IMG/VR virus record: IMGVR_UViG_3300045049_000270
Reading direction: 5' to 3' (one strand)
DNA: 64,000 nucleotides
DNA from: a virus
Lineage: Duplodnaviria; Heunggongvirae; Uroviricota; Caudoviricetes
Position 1 is the stretch's first letter; every line of letters starts with the position of its first letter. Shown here piece by piece: positions 44,568-54,119 of this stretch. The notes beneath the pieces are model-generated. The model made no database searches. It was not told where the DNA came from and saw only the letters and a program-made list of their open reading frames with translations. The position numbers and the translations under genes were made by a program.

Positions 44568-45101
44568 ATGAGGATTCATATGAAATACGGCACTATCATT
44601 AACACTAAGACTAAAGCAGAACTGCTAGATGATCTGACGTTGAAACAACCGGTTGATAAACTGCGGGCAGAGTTGCTTGCTAATGGCTACCCCGCAGAAG
44701 AAGTTGAAAAAGCGTTCAATGATCGAGAAGCTGACCGCAAACGCGTTGAATCAGTTCCCGACAGCACGATATTCGTTCTTGGTAAGCCGAAAGCAGAAAG
44801 TGAAGATCGAGAAACGATTTCGGCTTGGTGTACCGATCACGTAAAAGGCAAGTGGGGACACCTCACCGTGTACTGGTATTGGTGGTTCGAAGATGAGGTT
44901 GATGCTGCCGCGTTTGAAGCCGAATGGACACCTCCTTATAAACCGGATGCAGCAGTTATGGAAGTGCGTACCGTATTGGTTATGGCTGCGCTTGGACTAT
45001 GCGAGCGACTTGCGCAAGGTCTTGAGTATGAAGAGGCTCTGCAATACTACAAAGATGTTATGGCAGAGACCGCAGCTTTGAAGCTCCCTCCCTGTAAATG
45101 A
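44568..45101 (+). CDS. FKLxW-family domain protein (paralogue of 45810..46142)
   Basis: WCTDHVKGKWGHL..YWWFEDEVDAAAFEAEW. Confidence 0.8.
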   Translation: MRIHMKYGTIINTKTKAELLDDLTLKQPVDKLRAELLANGYPAEEVEKAFNDREADRKRVESVPDSTIFVLGKPKAESEDRETISAWCTDHVKGKWGHLTVYWYWWFEDEVDAAAFEAEWTPPYKPDAAVMEVRTVLVMAALGLCERLAQGLEYEEALQYYKDVMAETAALKLPPCK

Positions 45102-45114
45102 AATAATTTGGTGC

Positions 45115-45143
45115 TTGCGTTCATGTTCATATGAACGTATCAT
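45115..45143 (+). promoter_or_regulatory. Promoter with palindromic operator
   Basis: TTGCGT-tcatGTTCATATGAACg-TATCAT. Confidence 0.8.
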
Positions 45144-45159
45144 CTACGTATGGTGAACA

Positions 45160-45450
45160 ATGGAGATGAACATGAATGCAAGCGACTATGATCTCACGAA
45201 GCTGCACATCTACGAACTCGCGGGTTTGATTCTTCACGATACAGCAAAGGTCAGCCTGCATGCGCAACCGTATCTCAGCGCAATGCTTGGCATCGATTCA
45301 ATCAATGACATGTACATCGCCGATACTGCATATGAGGTGGTGGCATATTTCCTCAGCAACGCGGGTACCTATCGTGGCGAAAACGCGCGACTCATCAAGG
45401 CTGAGTTGAAGCGACGTATGAAGGAATACGAGAAGAAGAACAAAGTATGA
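45160..45450 (+). CDS. Conserved hypothetical phage protein
   Basis: AQPYLSAM...YFLSNAGTYRGENARLIKAELK; GGAG RBS. Confidence 0.8.
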   Translation: MEMNMNASDYDLTKLHIYELAGLILHDTAKVSLHAQPYLSAMLGIDSINDMYIADTAYEVVAYFLSNAGTYRGENARLIKAELKRRMKEYEKKNKV

Positions 45451-45806
45451 TCACTGCACAAGAGGCGCGCGAACGCTCCCAATTATCGATCGTCAATCTT
45501 GAAACGTTTATCGAACGGCTTGGCGTTAAAATACAAGAACAGGCCGATTTAGGCAAGTACGAGTATCACTATAGGGGAGATCTACCTGGTGATCCGACCA
45601 AATCCAACGACCTGTTGAAAAAGACGTATGAACGTTTCGAGACGCCGAAATTCTGGCAGCTTGTTATCGACAAGCTGAAGGTGTATCCGCTCAATTTCAA
45701 CGTCACCGTGCATAAAGCACAAGCCAATATGCGTGCTAGTCTTGGATCGCTTGGTGATCAAGAACCCGAGCCACACTACACCTACAGCTTGCTGATCAAA
45801 TGGTGA
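45447..45806 (+). CDS. Hypothetical protein
   Basis: MITAQEARE... coupled by ATGA overlap. Confidence 0.75.
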   Translation: MITAQEARERSQLSIVNLETFIERLGVKIQEQADLGKYEYHYRGDLPGDPTKSNDLLKKTYERFETPKFWQLVIDKLKVYPLNFNVTVHKAQANMRASLGSLGDQEPEPHYTYSLLIKW

Positions 45807-45809
45807 AGT

Positions 45810-46142
45810 ATGGATATTAAGCGGTTTTTCTCCCGAACAGAAGTACTTCGCTATCCTCCGTTAAACTTGACGGAAGATGAATTGCGCAAACGGCTAGAGG
45901 ATGTCGATGAGGAACTGGCTAAGCAAATGATTGACAGTTGGAAAGTCAATCGAGATTTTTTGTTAACTTGTTCAGACCAACTAGTATTGGTGTTACCATC
46001 GGTGGGCCCCAAAAACGAAGAATTAGATGCATGGTGCGCTGAAAATACAAGAAGCACTTGGGGGCATCTGCAGATGATACGGTACTGGTGGTTTGACGAC
46101 AGCACCGATGCAATGACGTTCAAATTGACGTGGTGTGATTAA
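45810..46142 (+). CDS. FKLxW-family paralogue
   Basis: WCAENT, WGHL, FDDSTDAMTFKLTW. Confidence 0.85.
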   Translation: MDIKRFFSRTEVLRYPPLNLTEDELRKRLEDVDEELAKQMIDSWKVNRDFLLTCSDQLVLVLPSVGPKNEELDAWCAENTRSTWGHLQMIRYWWFDDSTDAMTFKLTWCD

Positions 46143-46534
46143 TGGCAAAGCAACGAACAAAAGCTGAATTGATCAGTATTTTAACTAAAATGCCTGGTAA
46201 GTATTTGGGTGACGGTCTCCATCCTTCCTTCAAGGTGGATGATTTGCTTGATGTACTGCTGTCCGATCGTAACTGGTATTCATTCAATATTGATTTGGAC
46301 ACCATTCCACAACGAGAAGAGTTTAAAGAACGTCCAGTGATCATGGTTGGATATAAACGTACTGATTTTCTCGCGGAGCTTGAAAAGTTCGTAAAACAGA
46401 TTGGTCTTTACTGCGGTGATTCTAAGGTGAAAAGTTGTACGAAACTGAATCTTACAACTCTTACAGTTGAAGTATTTTGTACATCTGCTGAGTACGACAA
46501 AATCGCAATCAAGTTTGCAGAAAACATCATTTAA
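46142..46534 (+). CDS. Hypothetical protein
   Basis: TAATG-coupled ORF. Confidence 0.7.
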   Translation: MAKQRTKAELISILTKMPGKYLGDGLHPSFKVDDLLDVLLSDRNWYSFNIDLDTIPQREEFKERPVIMVGYKRTDFLAELEKFVKQIGLYCGDSKVKSCTKLNLTTLTVEVFCTSAEYDKIAIKFAENII

Positions 46535-46537
46535 CGC

Positions 46538-46566
46538 TTGACCTCAAGTTCAAATGAACGCAGAAT
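46538..46566 (+). promoter_or_regulatory. Promoter with variant palindromic operator
   Basis: TTGACC-tcaaGTTCAAATGAACg-CAGAAT. Confidence 0.7.
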
Positions 46567-46599
46567 AGCGACATGGTGAACAACAAAGGAGAAGCAAAA

Positions 46600-47106
46600 A
46601 TGCAAAACGCACTAGAACAGATTCTCGAAAACGTCAACGGTGGTTCGTTCGTGTCGATCGACACTGTGACCGAGGTGAAGCTGAAGGGTGGGAAAGCAAA
46701 TCCGTTCCAGGGCCGTGTCACGAAGCGTGTTACGGGCAGTCAAGTGATGGTCTTCCAAAACAAGAAATCCAACGCATACGAAAATATGGTGCAACGGCGC
46801 CTTGTCGCAGAAGGCAAAGATCCGGCAAGCTTCGAATTGCAACCGCGTAAGTGGGGAACACGCATTCCTGAAACTCCGTTCATCCTGCACAATGATCAAA
46901 AGTACCTGGAGGTGATCTTCCTGCGTGCTGGTAAGTCCGAACTACTTGTCGATGGCAAGCCGTACAGCGGCGAAATCCCGGGCCTCCCGGAAGTGTCGGA
47001 CAACGAAGAATCGCAAGGCGGGCTGGACAATAAGGTGATCATTCGTACTTACAAGTGCGACAGCATCAAGTGCATTCGCGTTAACCAGCAAGAATACACA
47101 CTGTAA
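46600..47106 (+). CDS. Conserved hypothetical phage protein
   Basis: AAGGAG RBS; NPFQGRVTK, YENMVQRR, RKWGTR. Confidence 0.8.
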   Translation: MQNALEQILENVNGGSFVSIDTVTEVKLKGGKANPFQGRVTKRVTGSQVMVFQNKKSNAYENMVQRRLVAEGKDPASFELQPRKWGTRIPETPFILHNDQKYLEVIFLRAGKSELLVDGKPYSGEIPGLPEVSDNEESQGGLDNKVIIRTYKCDSIKCIRVNQQEYTL

Positions 47107-47197
47107 CGGTTGTAAGGGGGAACAGAGTCCCCGTTTTGTACAATATGAGCACCTTTTGAGGTGCTCATATTCATTTAATATAATTGAGCAAAAACGC

Positions 47198-47226
47198 TTT
47201 ACAGCTAAATCATATGACTTTACCAT
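47198..47226 (+). promoter_or_regulatory. Promoter with partial palindromic operator
   Basis: TTTACA-gctaaaTCATATGActt-TACCAT. Confidence 0.65.
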
Positions 47227-47258
47227 ATGAAACATGGTGAACAAAACAGGAGCAGTAA

Positions 47259-47495
47259 ATGAGTTATGAATTGCCCCGCGCCGCGAAACTACTTGTTGAT
47301 GTACAAAGCAAGTACATTGGCAAAGATGAAGGGCGTATGCACAAAGCTGGTAAAAAAGTGAAAGTGCAAAGGTCGCCGGCAAATCCGGGTGAGTTTATTA
47401 TTTGGTTTGGTAAGGCTGAAGTGGCCAAGATTCAAGCACTTGAGCTGAGCAAGACGATCGAATATACGGATGGACGCAAAGAGGGGATTCAATGA
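47259..47495 (+). CDS. Hypothetical protein
   Basis: AGGAG RBS. Confidence 0.7.
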   Translation: MSYELPRAAKLLVDVQSKYIGKDEGRMHKAGKKVKVQRSPANPGEFIIWFGKAEVAKIQALELSKTIEYTDGRKEGIQ

Positions 47496-48091
47496 TCATT
47501 TATATGGACGGTAGCTCCGTCAGAGTAACAAATACGCGGAAACAAAAAGATTGGCTGCTGTCCTGGGGTATGATTGTTCAACATGACGATGAGACTGTTG
47601 AACAGCATGGTCATGTTGAAAACGTTGGATCGATGTATCGTGGTTTCCACGAAATGCTTGCATTTGCTGAAGCAGTTCGTTATGTGAAGCACAAGAAAGT
47701 GCCGTTCAAAGATGTGTCATTCTTCACCGATGACGAATGGGTAGTGAAGGCACAATTTGTATTGCATCCTCACAATTATTGTGAATCACGAGCGACCGAA
47801 GTAAAGGCTCGAGTCATGCAGTTTGTGAACCAATTCTTCCCCAGTACGTTGTATGACGACATGCTTGCATGTCTGCGGGAAGCACGATTCACGAAGGTGA
47901 AGGGCCATGAAGACACCGTCTATAATTTGCGGGTTGACTATCTGGCCGCATATGCTCGCAAGTTGAAGATGGGGATGGACGAAGAATTCCAACACTTTGA
48001 GCAATGGCTTGCAAATGGCTTCAAGTTTTTCAACACCAAGTTACAACGTTATGACGTGTGGTACGCGCCGTTTGCTTCATCAACTAATTGA
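47492..48091 (+). CDS. Ribonuclease H-like protein
   Basis: IYMDGS, E, FTDD, KVKGH, N..VDYLA. Confidence 0.85.
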   Translation: MIIYMDGSSVRVTNTRKQKDWLLSWGMIVQHDDETVEQHGHVENVGSMYRGFHEMLAFAEAVRYVKHKKVPFKDVSFFTDDEWVVKAQFVLHPHNYCESRATEVKARVMQFVNQFFPSTLYDDMLACLREARFTKVKGHEDTVYNLRVDYLAAYARKLKMGMDEEFQHFEQWLANGFKFFNTKLQRYDVWYAPFASSTN

Positions 48092-48138
48092 TTGCCAAAT
48101 GGTGATGGCTCCCAATGGGAGCCATCACCATGACAAAC

Positions 48139-48402
48139 TTACTCATCGATTTCCAATTCGATCACACGTTCCCATCGTGAACTATTGGTACCAGGCTTAT
48201 CATATTGCAACCCAGCAGTAGGATTGAGCCAACCTTTGAAGTTGAGGCCAAACCAGACTTGATCGAAAGCACCCATAAACCAGCCACCTCCAATCTTACA
48301 CATGTAAAGCGTACCATCTGTTTTGATGTCAGGATGTTTATTACCTTCACCCTTCGTCAAATCAATTTCGGTACCGCGCACTGGGCTAGTTTTCTTTGCC
48401 AT
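48139..48402 (-). CDS. Hypothetical protein
   Basis: GGAG RBS; directly follows the CCA gene. Confidence 0.7.
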   Translation of the reverse strand: MAKKTSPVRGTEIDLTKGEGNKHPDIKTDGTLYMCKIGGGWFMGAFDQVWFGLNFKGWLNPTAGLQYDKPGTNSSRWERVIELEIDE

Positions 48403-49608
48403 TTATCTCTCCGTTTTCAATGCGATCTGCATCAGATCATTTTTTGACAACATGCAATCACTCATGAACCAATTTTGCTTTGCTAGTGTCAATGCTTGGC
48501 CAATTTGCCTGCCAGGCTTCATACCTGCATTCAACAAATCATCCCCAGTCACCGGGAAGAGCGGAACCGGCCAGCTACGCAATGAACACGCTATATCAAA
48601 TTCACCCATTGCTTGCATTGCCGTGAGCGTATATATCAATGGCTGATTGTTGATCAACATTTCATACTTCATAGCTGACAACAGATCAGTATGCCCCGCA
48701 TTCACAACCTTCGCAACAAACGAAATGAGTTTTGTATCATCTGTGCTGAGCTTCAACTTCTTCGCATATGATACAGCATCACTAGCACTATAAAAGAGCA
48801 ATGCAAATACACCGACTGCGCCGGTCGCAAGTACGTTGGCGGACTTGATTCGCTGCTTTTTGACTGCATCAAAAGCTGGCAAGTCAGCATATTGTAAAAT
48901 ATCTGTATTGTTCATCTGTTCATATATTGAAGCAGCAGAGGGATGCGCCAATATTTTGCGAACTTCTTGCCACACACGCTCACGAGATACTTTCGCTAAG
49001 CCAGACGCATTGTTACGAATTGCATTAAGCTGCGAATGATCGAAAAACCCACAACCATAGCGACCAGCAAACCTGAAGTATCGTAAAATACGCAGATAAT
49101 CTTCTCGAATGCGTTGTGCAGGATCACCAACAAAGCGAATGTGTTCACTTTTCAAATCTTGTCGTCCACCAAACGGATCATCCAATACTCCATCAAACGT
49201 CATTGACATGGCATTAATTGTAAGATCTCGACGTGCCAAGTCTTCTTGCCATTGACGGGTAAATTTCACAACTGCATGGCGACCATCAGTTTCCATGTCG
49301 AAACGCAAGCTTGTGATTTCGTAAGTTTCGCCCGACATCACTACAGAAATGGTACCGTGATCGATTCCAGTCGGAATGTAGCGGATACCAGCTGCTTCGT
49401 ATATTGCTATCGCTTCATCAGGAAAGGCATCAGTGCAGAGATCGATATCGTCAGGCGTTTGGCCGCAGAGAATATCTCTAACAGCGCCACCCACGATGCG
49501 GATATCAAATCCTTTGGCTTGGAATAATGAACGCAACTTGATCAAGTCGTCGTTCACACAATGATCCAAGATTGCCGTTACTTTGTTTTGGTCCATGTTT
49601 CCTCTCAA
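48403..49608 (-). CDS. cca: CCA-adding tRNA nucleotidyltransferase (class II)
   Basis: VGGAVRD, DIDL, GIDHGT, EITSLR, DLARRDLTINAM, EDYLRILRYFRF, SRERV. Confidence 0.93.
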   Translation of the reverse strand: MRGNMDQNKVTAILDHCVNDDLIKLRSLFQAKGFDIRIVGGAVRDILCGQTPDDIDLCTDAFPDEAIAIYEAAGIRYIPTGIDHGTISVVMSGETYEITSLRFDMETDGRHAVVKFTRQWQEDLARRDLTINAMSMTFDGVLDDPFGGRQDLKSEHIRFVGDPAQRIREDYLRILRYFRFAGRYGCGFFDHSQLNAIRNNASGLAKVSRERVWQEVRKILAHPSAASIYEQMNNTDILQYADLPAFDAVKKQRIKSANVLATGAVGVFALLFYSASDAVSYAKKLKLSTDDTKLISFVAKVVNAGHTDLLSAMKYEMLINNQPLIYTLTAMQAMGEFDIACSLRSWPVPLFPVTGDDLLNAGMKPGRQIGQALTLAKQNWFMSDCMLSKNDLMQIALKTER

Positions 49609-49670
49609 ATATTGACGCTTATTTCAGCCATGTGCCACTATACAATAACATTAAGGGAAAGTCAAGCCAT

Positions 49671-50531
49671 ATGAACGAAAAAGAACAACTCAAGAAACAG
49701 ATGCAAGATGCATTTGCGAAACAGCGACAACAAGAAATTGAACAAAAACACTATGAGAAATTAAAGGCAAAAGCAGAACAGGATATGCTGCATTCAATTA
49801 TGCCATCAATTGGATCAAATGTAAATTGGCCATCATTACCACCATTTCCATCAGGAGGAATAGGCCAAAACCCTTATAATGGTAATGGTGGCATTTGTGG
49901 TAGTCCAGTACTATATCCTAACCAAACTACCGCCTATCCGTCTCTGACGCCAGCTGCGTTAACGCCAAATTATAAATGGGGTATTGAAATGATCTGGCCC
50001 AAGCATTTGTTTGCCAAACCAGGCACGGTAGTCCCAGTGTTAGAAAATGATTCAACATATCCATTTATGTTTCATATCAGTGTATGGATAGAATGTTGTA
50101 AACCAGATTCGAACGATTATGGTATTGTGTGGGAGCCCATCGTTTATGATTTGAATTCACTGCAATCACAAACAAAGCAATACCGTGGATGCTTGCTTAT
50201 AAAAGAAGGTAAAACGCTTGATCGCTTTAATGACTGGTGGCCTAGCTATCAGAATCGTTTCGGTGGTGATACTTGGCGGAAGCAATCATTGCCAACAATT
50301 ATTGAAGGCGATCAGATTAATGGTTATCCGATCAAACATGGTTTTAAAGGTAGTTCGTTACTACCTTTATTAGTTCCTGACGATCTGTATGCAAAGTGGC
50401 TGTGGATTGTGCAGAATGTTCAGGAAAAAGTTTGGTGTGTTGACGAATATTGGATCTTTGCTGATAAGGGCGAACTAATCATGTATAAGTTGACTGAAGA
50501 TATTCATGTAGAAAAAGAAGAAAAGAAATGA
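49671..50531 (+). CDS. Long FKLxW-family member with Q/P-rich N-terminus
   Basis: MFHISVW; C-terminal WIVQN...WIFADKGELIMYKL. Confidence 0.8.
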   Translation: MNEKEQLKKQMQDAFAKQRQQEIEQKHYEKLKAKAEQDMLHSIMPSIGSNVNWPSLPPFPSGGIGQNPYNGNGGICGSPVLYPNQTTAYPSLTPAALTPNYKWGIEMIWPKHLFAKPGTVVPVLENDSTYPFMFHISVWIECCKPDSNDYGIVWEPIVYDLNSLQSQTKQYRGCLLIKEGKTLDRFNDWWPSYQNRFGGDTWRKQSLPTIIEGDQINGYPIKHGFKGSSLLPLLVPDDLYAKWLWIVQNVQEKVWCVDEYWIFADKGELIMYKLTEDIHVEKEEKK

Positions 50532-51229
50532 ATACTGTGTTTGAACATTTTAAGTACATGTTGTCGTCAATCTTTTATTGGGTTGGAAGTAAATTCGATA
50601 CTGAAGAATATTACGAAGAAACTGAAGAGGTGGTGGTTGATGAAGAAGAACCAGATGATCAAAAGATGCTATCGCTTGAACAAAGACTAGCTGGTGATAG
50701 AAATTATCGACCTTGGACTCGTATTTCAAATTTCAACCCTGATGTTTTTGAACAACCAGATATTGGATTCATTTATGAAAAACAAGCTCGGCAGTTGATG
50801 TTTCATGTATACTTGTGGCTAAACCAAAATGGAGCTCAACAAAATTCATTTGCGTTCAAGCTTGATCAAATGGTTGATGCTCAAACATGGACTCCTACTA
50901 TCTGTGGATTCTTTTTCGGTGCCAACACAGCTTTAAATGAATTCAAAGTATGGCGTGCAGCTTACCTAAAGCAGTTTCCAACAGATGGCAAAAACCTGTT
51001 GCCATTGTTGCCTGATTCTTGTAGATTTACAGGTACAGCTATACGCCATAGCGGTGTCTATTACAATGAAACTTATAACGACATCGAATTGAGTCCATCT
51101 GACCTAGAGATCTGGTCGTGGATCATCGCCAATTGCAAAGGACGAGTTTGGGTTACAAACAACTCTTTCATCTTTGAAGATGATGGAGATGCGGTGCTTT
51201 ACAAGCTTTCACCAATATCAGAAAAATGA
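50528..51229 (+). CDS. Long FKLxW-family member
   Basis: MFHVYLW; WIIANCKGRVW...FEDDGDAVLYKL. Confidence 0.8.
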   Translation: MNTVFEHFKYMLSSIFYWVGSKFDTEEYYEETEEVVVDEEEPDDQKMLSLEQRLAGDRNYRPWTRISNFNPDVFEQPDIGFIYEKQARQLMFHVYLWLNQNGAQQNSFAFKLDQMVDAQTWTPTICGFFFGANTALNEFKVWRAAYLKQFPTDGKNLLPLLPDSCRFTGTAIRHSGVYYNETYNDIELSPSDLEIWSWIIANCKGRVWVTNNSFIFEDDGDAVLYKLSPISEK

Positions 51230-51942
51230 AAAAGAAACAACCAGAAATTATTCGTCGAAATGTATTCAAACGCGCCTATGACAATTTCAATAATTGGTTC
51301 TTCGGCGTTGAAGAACATCGATACGCTAACAAATGTGAAGATAACGATCCGGAATGTAGTCAGATAGATTCTGAGGAAAATCATCGTTCTGCCTCAGTCA
51401 CACCATATGCGGTCTATGGTAGAGAACCAGATTGGACGGATCGATTTACCGTTGCGCCAGCACCAATTAGAACAGGTGAAAAACTGGTTGCAGTAATGCA
51501 ACTTGACATGCGCGCTATGTATTTCCATGTAGCAACATGGCTTGAGTTGGTAAAACCATCCTTCGTTTGGCATTTATCTGCTACTCGTCATGAAGATCAT
51601 AATGATGATTCGTGGTACAGTGGCGTTTTGTTGGTTGCCGAAGAACATTTCGAAGAAACTAATGACTGGTTTCAATCATATATTGAGCGTATCGGATCGA
51701 TCGATAAAATTCAACCCCTTCCAAAATTGGAAGGGGGTATGACGTTTTCTGGTGTGACCGTCAATATGACTGACGCATTAGCTACTCGTCGAGAAATCCT
51801 CATGCCACGTGATGACATATTCGAAGAATGGTGTTGGATCATCGAGCATTGTGGTGGCAAGATTTATTGTACATCTGATTGTTGGGTTTTCGAAAACAAT
51901 ACTGATGCAGTGATGTTTACACTTGCGAAGCCCCGAGTGTAA
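51226..51942 (+). CDS. Long FKLxW-family member
   Basis: YFHVATW; WIIEHCGGK...FENNTDAVMFTL. Confidence 0.8.
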   Translation: MKKKQPEIIRRNVFKRAYDNFNNWFFGVEEHRYANKCEDNDPECSQIDSEENHRSASVTPYAVYGREPDWTDRFTVAPAPIRTGEKLVAVMQLDMRAMYFHVATWLELVKPSFVWHLSATRHEDHNDDSWYSGVLLVAEEHFEETNDWFQSYIERIGSIDKIQPLPKLEGGMTFSGVTVNMTDALATRREILMPRDDIFEEWCWIIEHCGGKIYCTSDCWVFENNTDAVMFTLAKPRV

Positions 51943-51969
51943 ACTGTGATTGGCAACTAATAACAAGAC

Positions 51970-52212
51970 ATGACAAAAGAATATCTAAAGATTGCCAGAG
52001 AGAACGGCAAGAACATGAAGGTTGATACGACTGAGGCTGAGCTTATTTTCACGAATGACGGAGTGAAGGAAGCATGGCTTGAGATCCAACGTATCAAACA
52101 AATGATTGCAGAAGAACAAGTCAAAGCCGCTGCTGAAGTGGCTGCTCGTCATCAGACAGAGCTTGATGAAGCAGTAACTAATTATGCTCTGCTGGTTTCA
52201 CTTTGCCGATAA
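51970..52212 (+). CDS. Small helical protein, module A copy 2
   Basis: EAEL...KEAWLEIQRIK...ELDEAVTNYALLVSLCR. Confidence 0.8.
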   Translation: MTKEYLKIARENGKNMKVDTTEAELIFTNDGVKEAWLEIQRIKQMIAEEQVKAAAEVAARHQTELDEAVTNYALLVSLCR

Positions 52213-52245
52213 ACGGCAAAGTCATGATGAATAACAATAAGAACA

Positions 52246-53502
52246 ATGTCATCACTAACTATCAAACTCTTTGACAAGGCTTATGTGGGTTTTGTCAATC
52301 GCCACACCGAAAGTGGTGCCCCTTTGGGCTTCCTCACACCTTACGGTACTGATTCTGCCGCTCAGAAACGAATGGCCACAATTGATTCGTGGGTTACTCG
52401 TAACAAAAGTTCACTGAAAGCAGTAGTTATTGACAATACACCAGTCTCAGGTTTTCGTATAGCTGATGCTGCTAGACGTGGTGGCTGGAGAAGCACAAAA
52501 CAGACAATGATTCGCATTGAAGATCCTCGTGGTTTTGAATTAGAAATCTCAGTTGAGAATATGGTTCGAATCATGAGTGAAAACACAGTCATTAATGGCG
52601 AAATCATGGTTCCATGTATGTGGGGGCGTGATGGTACTGAAAATGTTCTATTGCCAACTACAAGTGAACCATATCAAGATGCGATAAAGAACACAGAACG
52701 CGAAAAACAATCAGTGAACTTGCGAAGTGTAAAGCCTGGCTATCGCGTTGAATTAAAAGACGGTCGAATTGGTACTTATTATGGTTCATTCCACGTTTTG
52801 AATCTAACGCATCACGGTAGATATGAGGACGATGGTATCAATTCAAGGTTTTTCCGTAGAAATGAAAAATATAGTGAATCATATCATTTCGTGATTGATG
52901 CTAAGAAAACATATGTGGTTAATATCGAACCTCATGGTACTTCGAAAAATTCGTACATTGAAAAATCGCGCACTTTAAAAGTGGCGCGGATTCTAGAATC
53001 GAATGAATTGACAACAGCCGAGGCCGAGAAAAAAATTAATGAACACTTACTCAATAAGTCTCGAGGCTTTTATTACGACAGTGCGATGTTAGCAGGTACA
53101 GAATATGATTTGAGAATCGTTTTAAAACCTCATTCAATTAGCGAAATTCAGGAAACGGTTAAGAAAAATCAGTATAGCCACAGGGATCGTTATGTTGTAC
53201 AAATGCCAGATGGCCAACATGCATTGATTTCGCCATATGCTGTTAAAGATCTGGGCACCTGTAATCGTCAAAACGGGTTCGGCTATGTACGTGATGCTAA
53301 TGATTTGAACATATATGCTCAGAAAGTTGACCTAGTTACGTTCTTAACGGGGTCATTTACACTTCGAAGAAGCAACTTTAGTGATTTCGAAAAAGATGAT
53401 CAAATTGTTAAGGCACTCGAACAAGACTTATTGGGTGTATTCAAACCTATGGTTGAGATCACCAGTAAGAAAACTGGTGAAGTAATTAAAACCCAGCTTT
53501 AA
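52246..53502 (+). CDS. Large protein, module B copy 2
   Basis: PLGFLTPY, RIEDPRGFELEI, WGRDG, LLPTTSEPY, EITSKKTG. Confidence 0.85.
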   Translation: MSSLTIKLFDKAYVGFVNRHTESGAPLGFLTPYGTDSAAQKRMATIDSWVTRNKSSLKAVVIDNTPVSGFRIADAARRGGWRSTKQTMIRIEDPRGFELEISVENMVRIMSENTVINGEIMVPCMWGRDGTENVLLPTTSEPYQDAIKNTEREKQSVNLRSVKPGYRVELKDGRIGTYYGSFHVLNLTHHGRYEDDGINSRFFRRNEKYSESYHFVIDAKKTYVVNIEPHGTSKNSYIEKSRTLKVARILESNELTTAEAEKKINEHLLNKSRGFYYDSAMLAGTEYDLRIVLKPHSISEIQETVKKNQYSHRDRYVVQMPDGQHALISPYAVKDLGTCNRQNGFGYVRDANDLNIYAQKVDLVTFLTGSFTLRRSNFSDFEKDDQIVKALEQDLLGVFKPMVEITSKKTGEVIKTQL

Positions 53503-53543
53503 GACAAACCGTTTCATCTGTAAATAGGTGAAACGGAGTATCT

Positions 53544-54119
53544 ATGAAAACCATCCTTTATATTCATGGTGCCTTTTCAACACCATTGACGTTCACTCAC
53601 ATCAAGAATAACTTGCCAGACCATGAGGCTGAGTTTTTAACATACGATGTTAGTGACACATTGCAATTTGTCATTGATAAAGAAGTTGAACGTCTTAAGA
53701 AACGCCGAGAACATGTAAGTATTATCGCGCACAGTTTGGGAGGAGTGCTTGGTTCTCTCATAGCTCAGAAAACAAAATTGGTTGATCGTGTTGTGACAAT
53801 GAGTACCCCTTTTGGTGGCAATAAAGCAGCTGACTTGATTAAGTGGTTTAATCCACATCCGATGTTTGAAACTATCAGCACAACTGGTCCATTGACTAGT
53901 TCACTGCGTATGTCAGATATGGCATGTCCTACTTTGAGTTTAGTCACTACAAAGGGCAACAATCCAATGTTTAGTGAAGCAAATGACAGCGCGGTAACCA
54001 TCAAGAGTCAAATTGCTTGGGATGGTCCGGAATATATTGAGTTACCATATAACCATTTTGAAGTATTGTTTGCTGATCAACCAATAAAACTAATAAAGGA
54101 ATTTCTATTTGATGTTTAA
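53544..54119 (+). CDS. Alpha/beta hydrolase
   Basis: YIHG oxyanion motif, AHSLGG nucleophile elbow, TPFGG, ND, NH. Confidence 0.9.
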   Translation: MKTILYIHGAFSTPLTFTHIKNNLPDHEAEFLTYDVSDTLQFVIDKEVERLKKRREHVSIIAHSLGGVLGSLIAQKTKLVDRVVTMSTPFGGNKAADLIKWFNPHPMFETISTTGPLTSSLRMSDMACPTLSLVTTKGNNPMFSEANDSAVTIKSQIAWDGPEYIELPYNHFEVLFADQPIKLIKEFLFDV

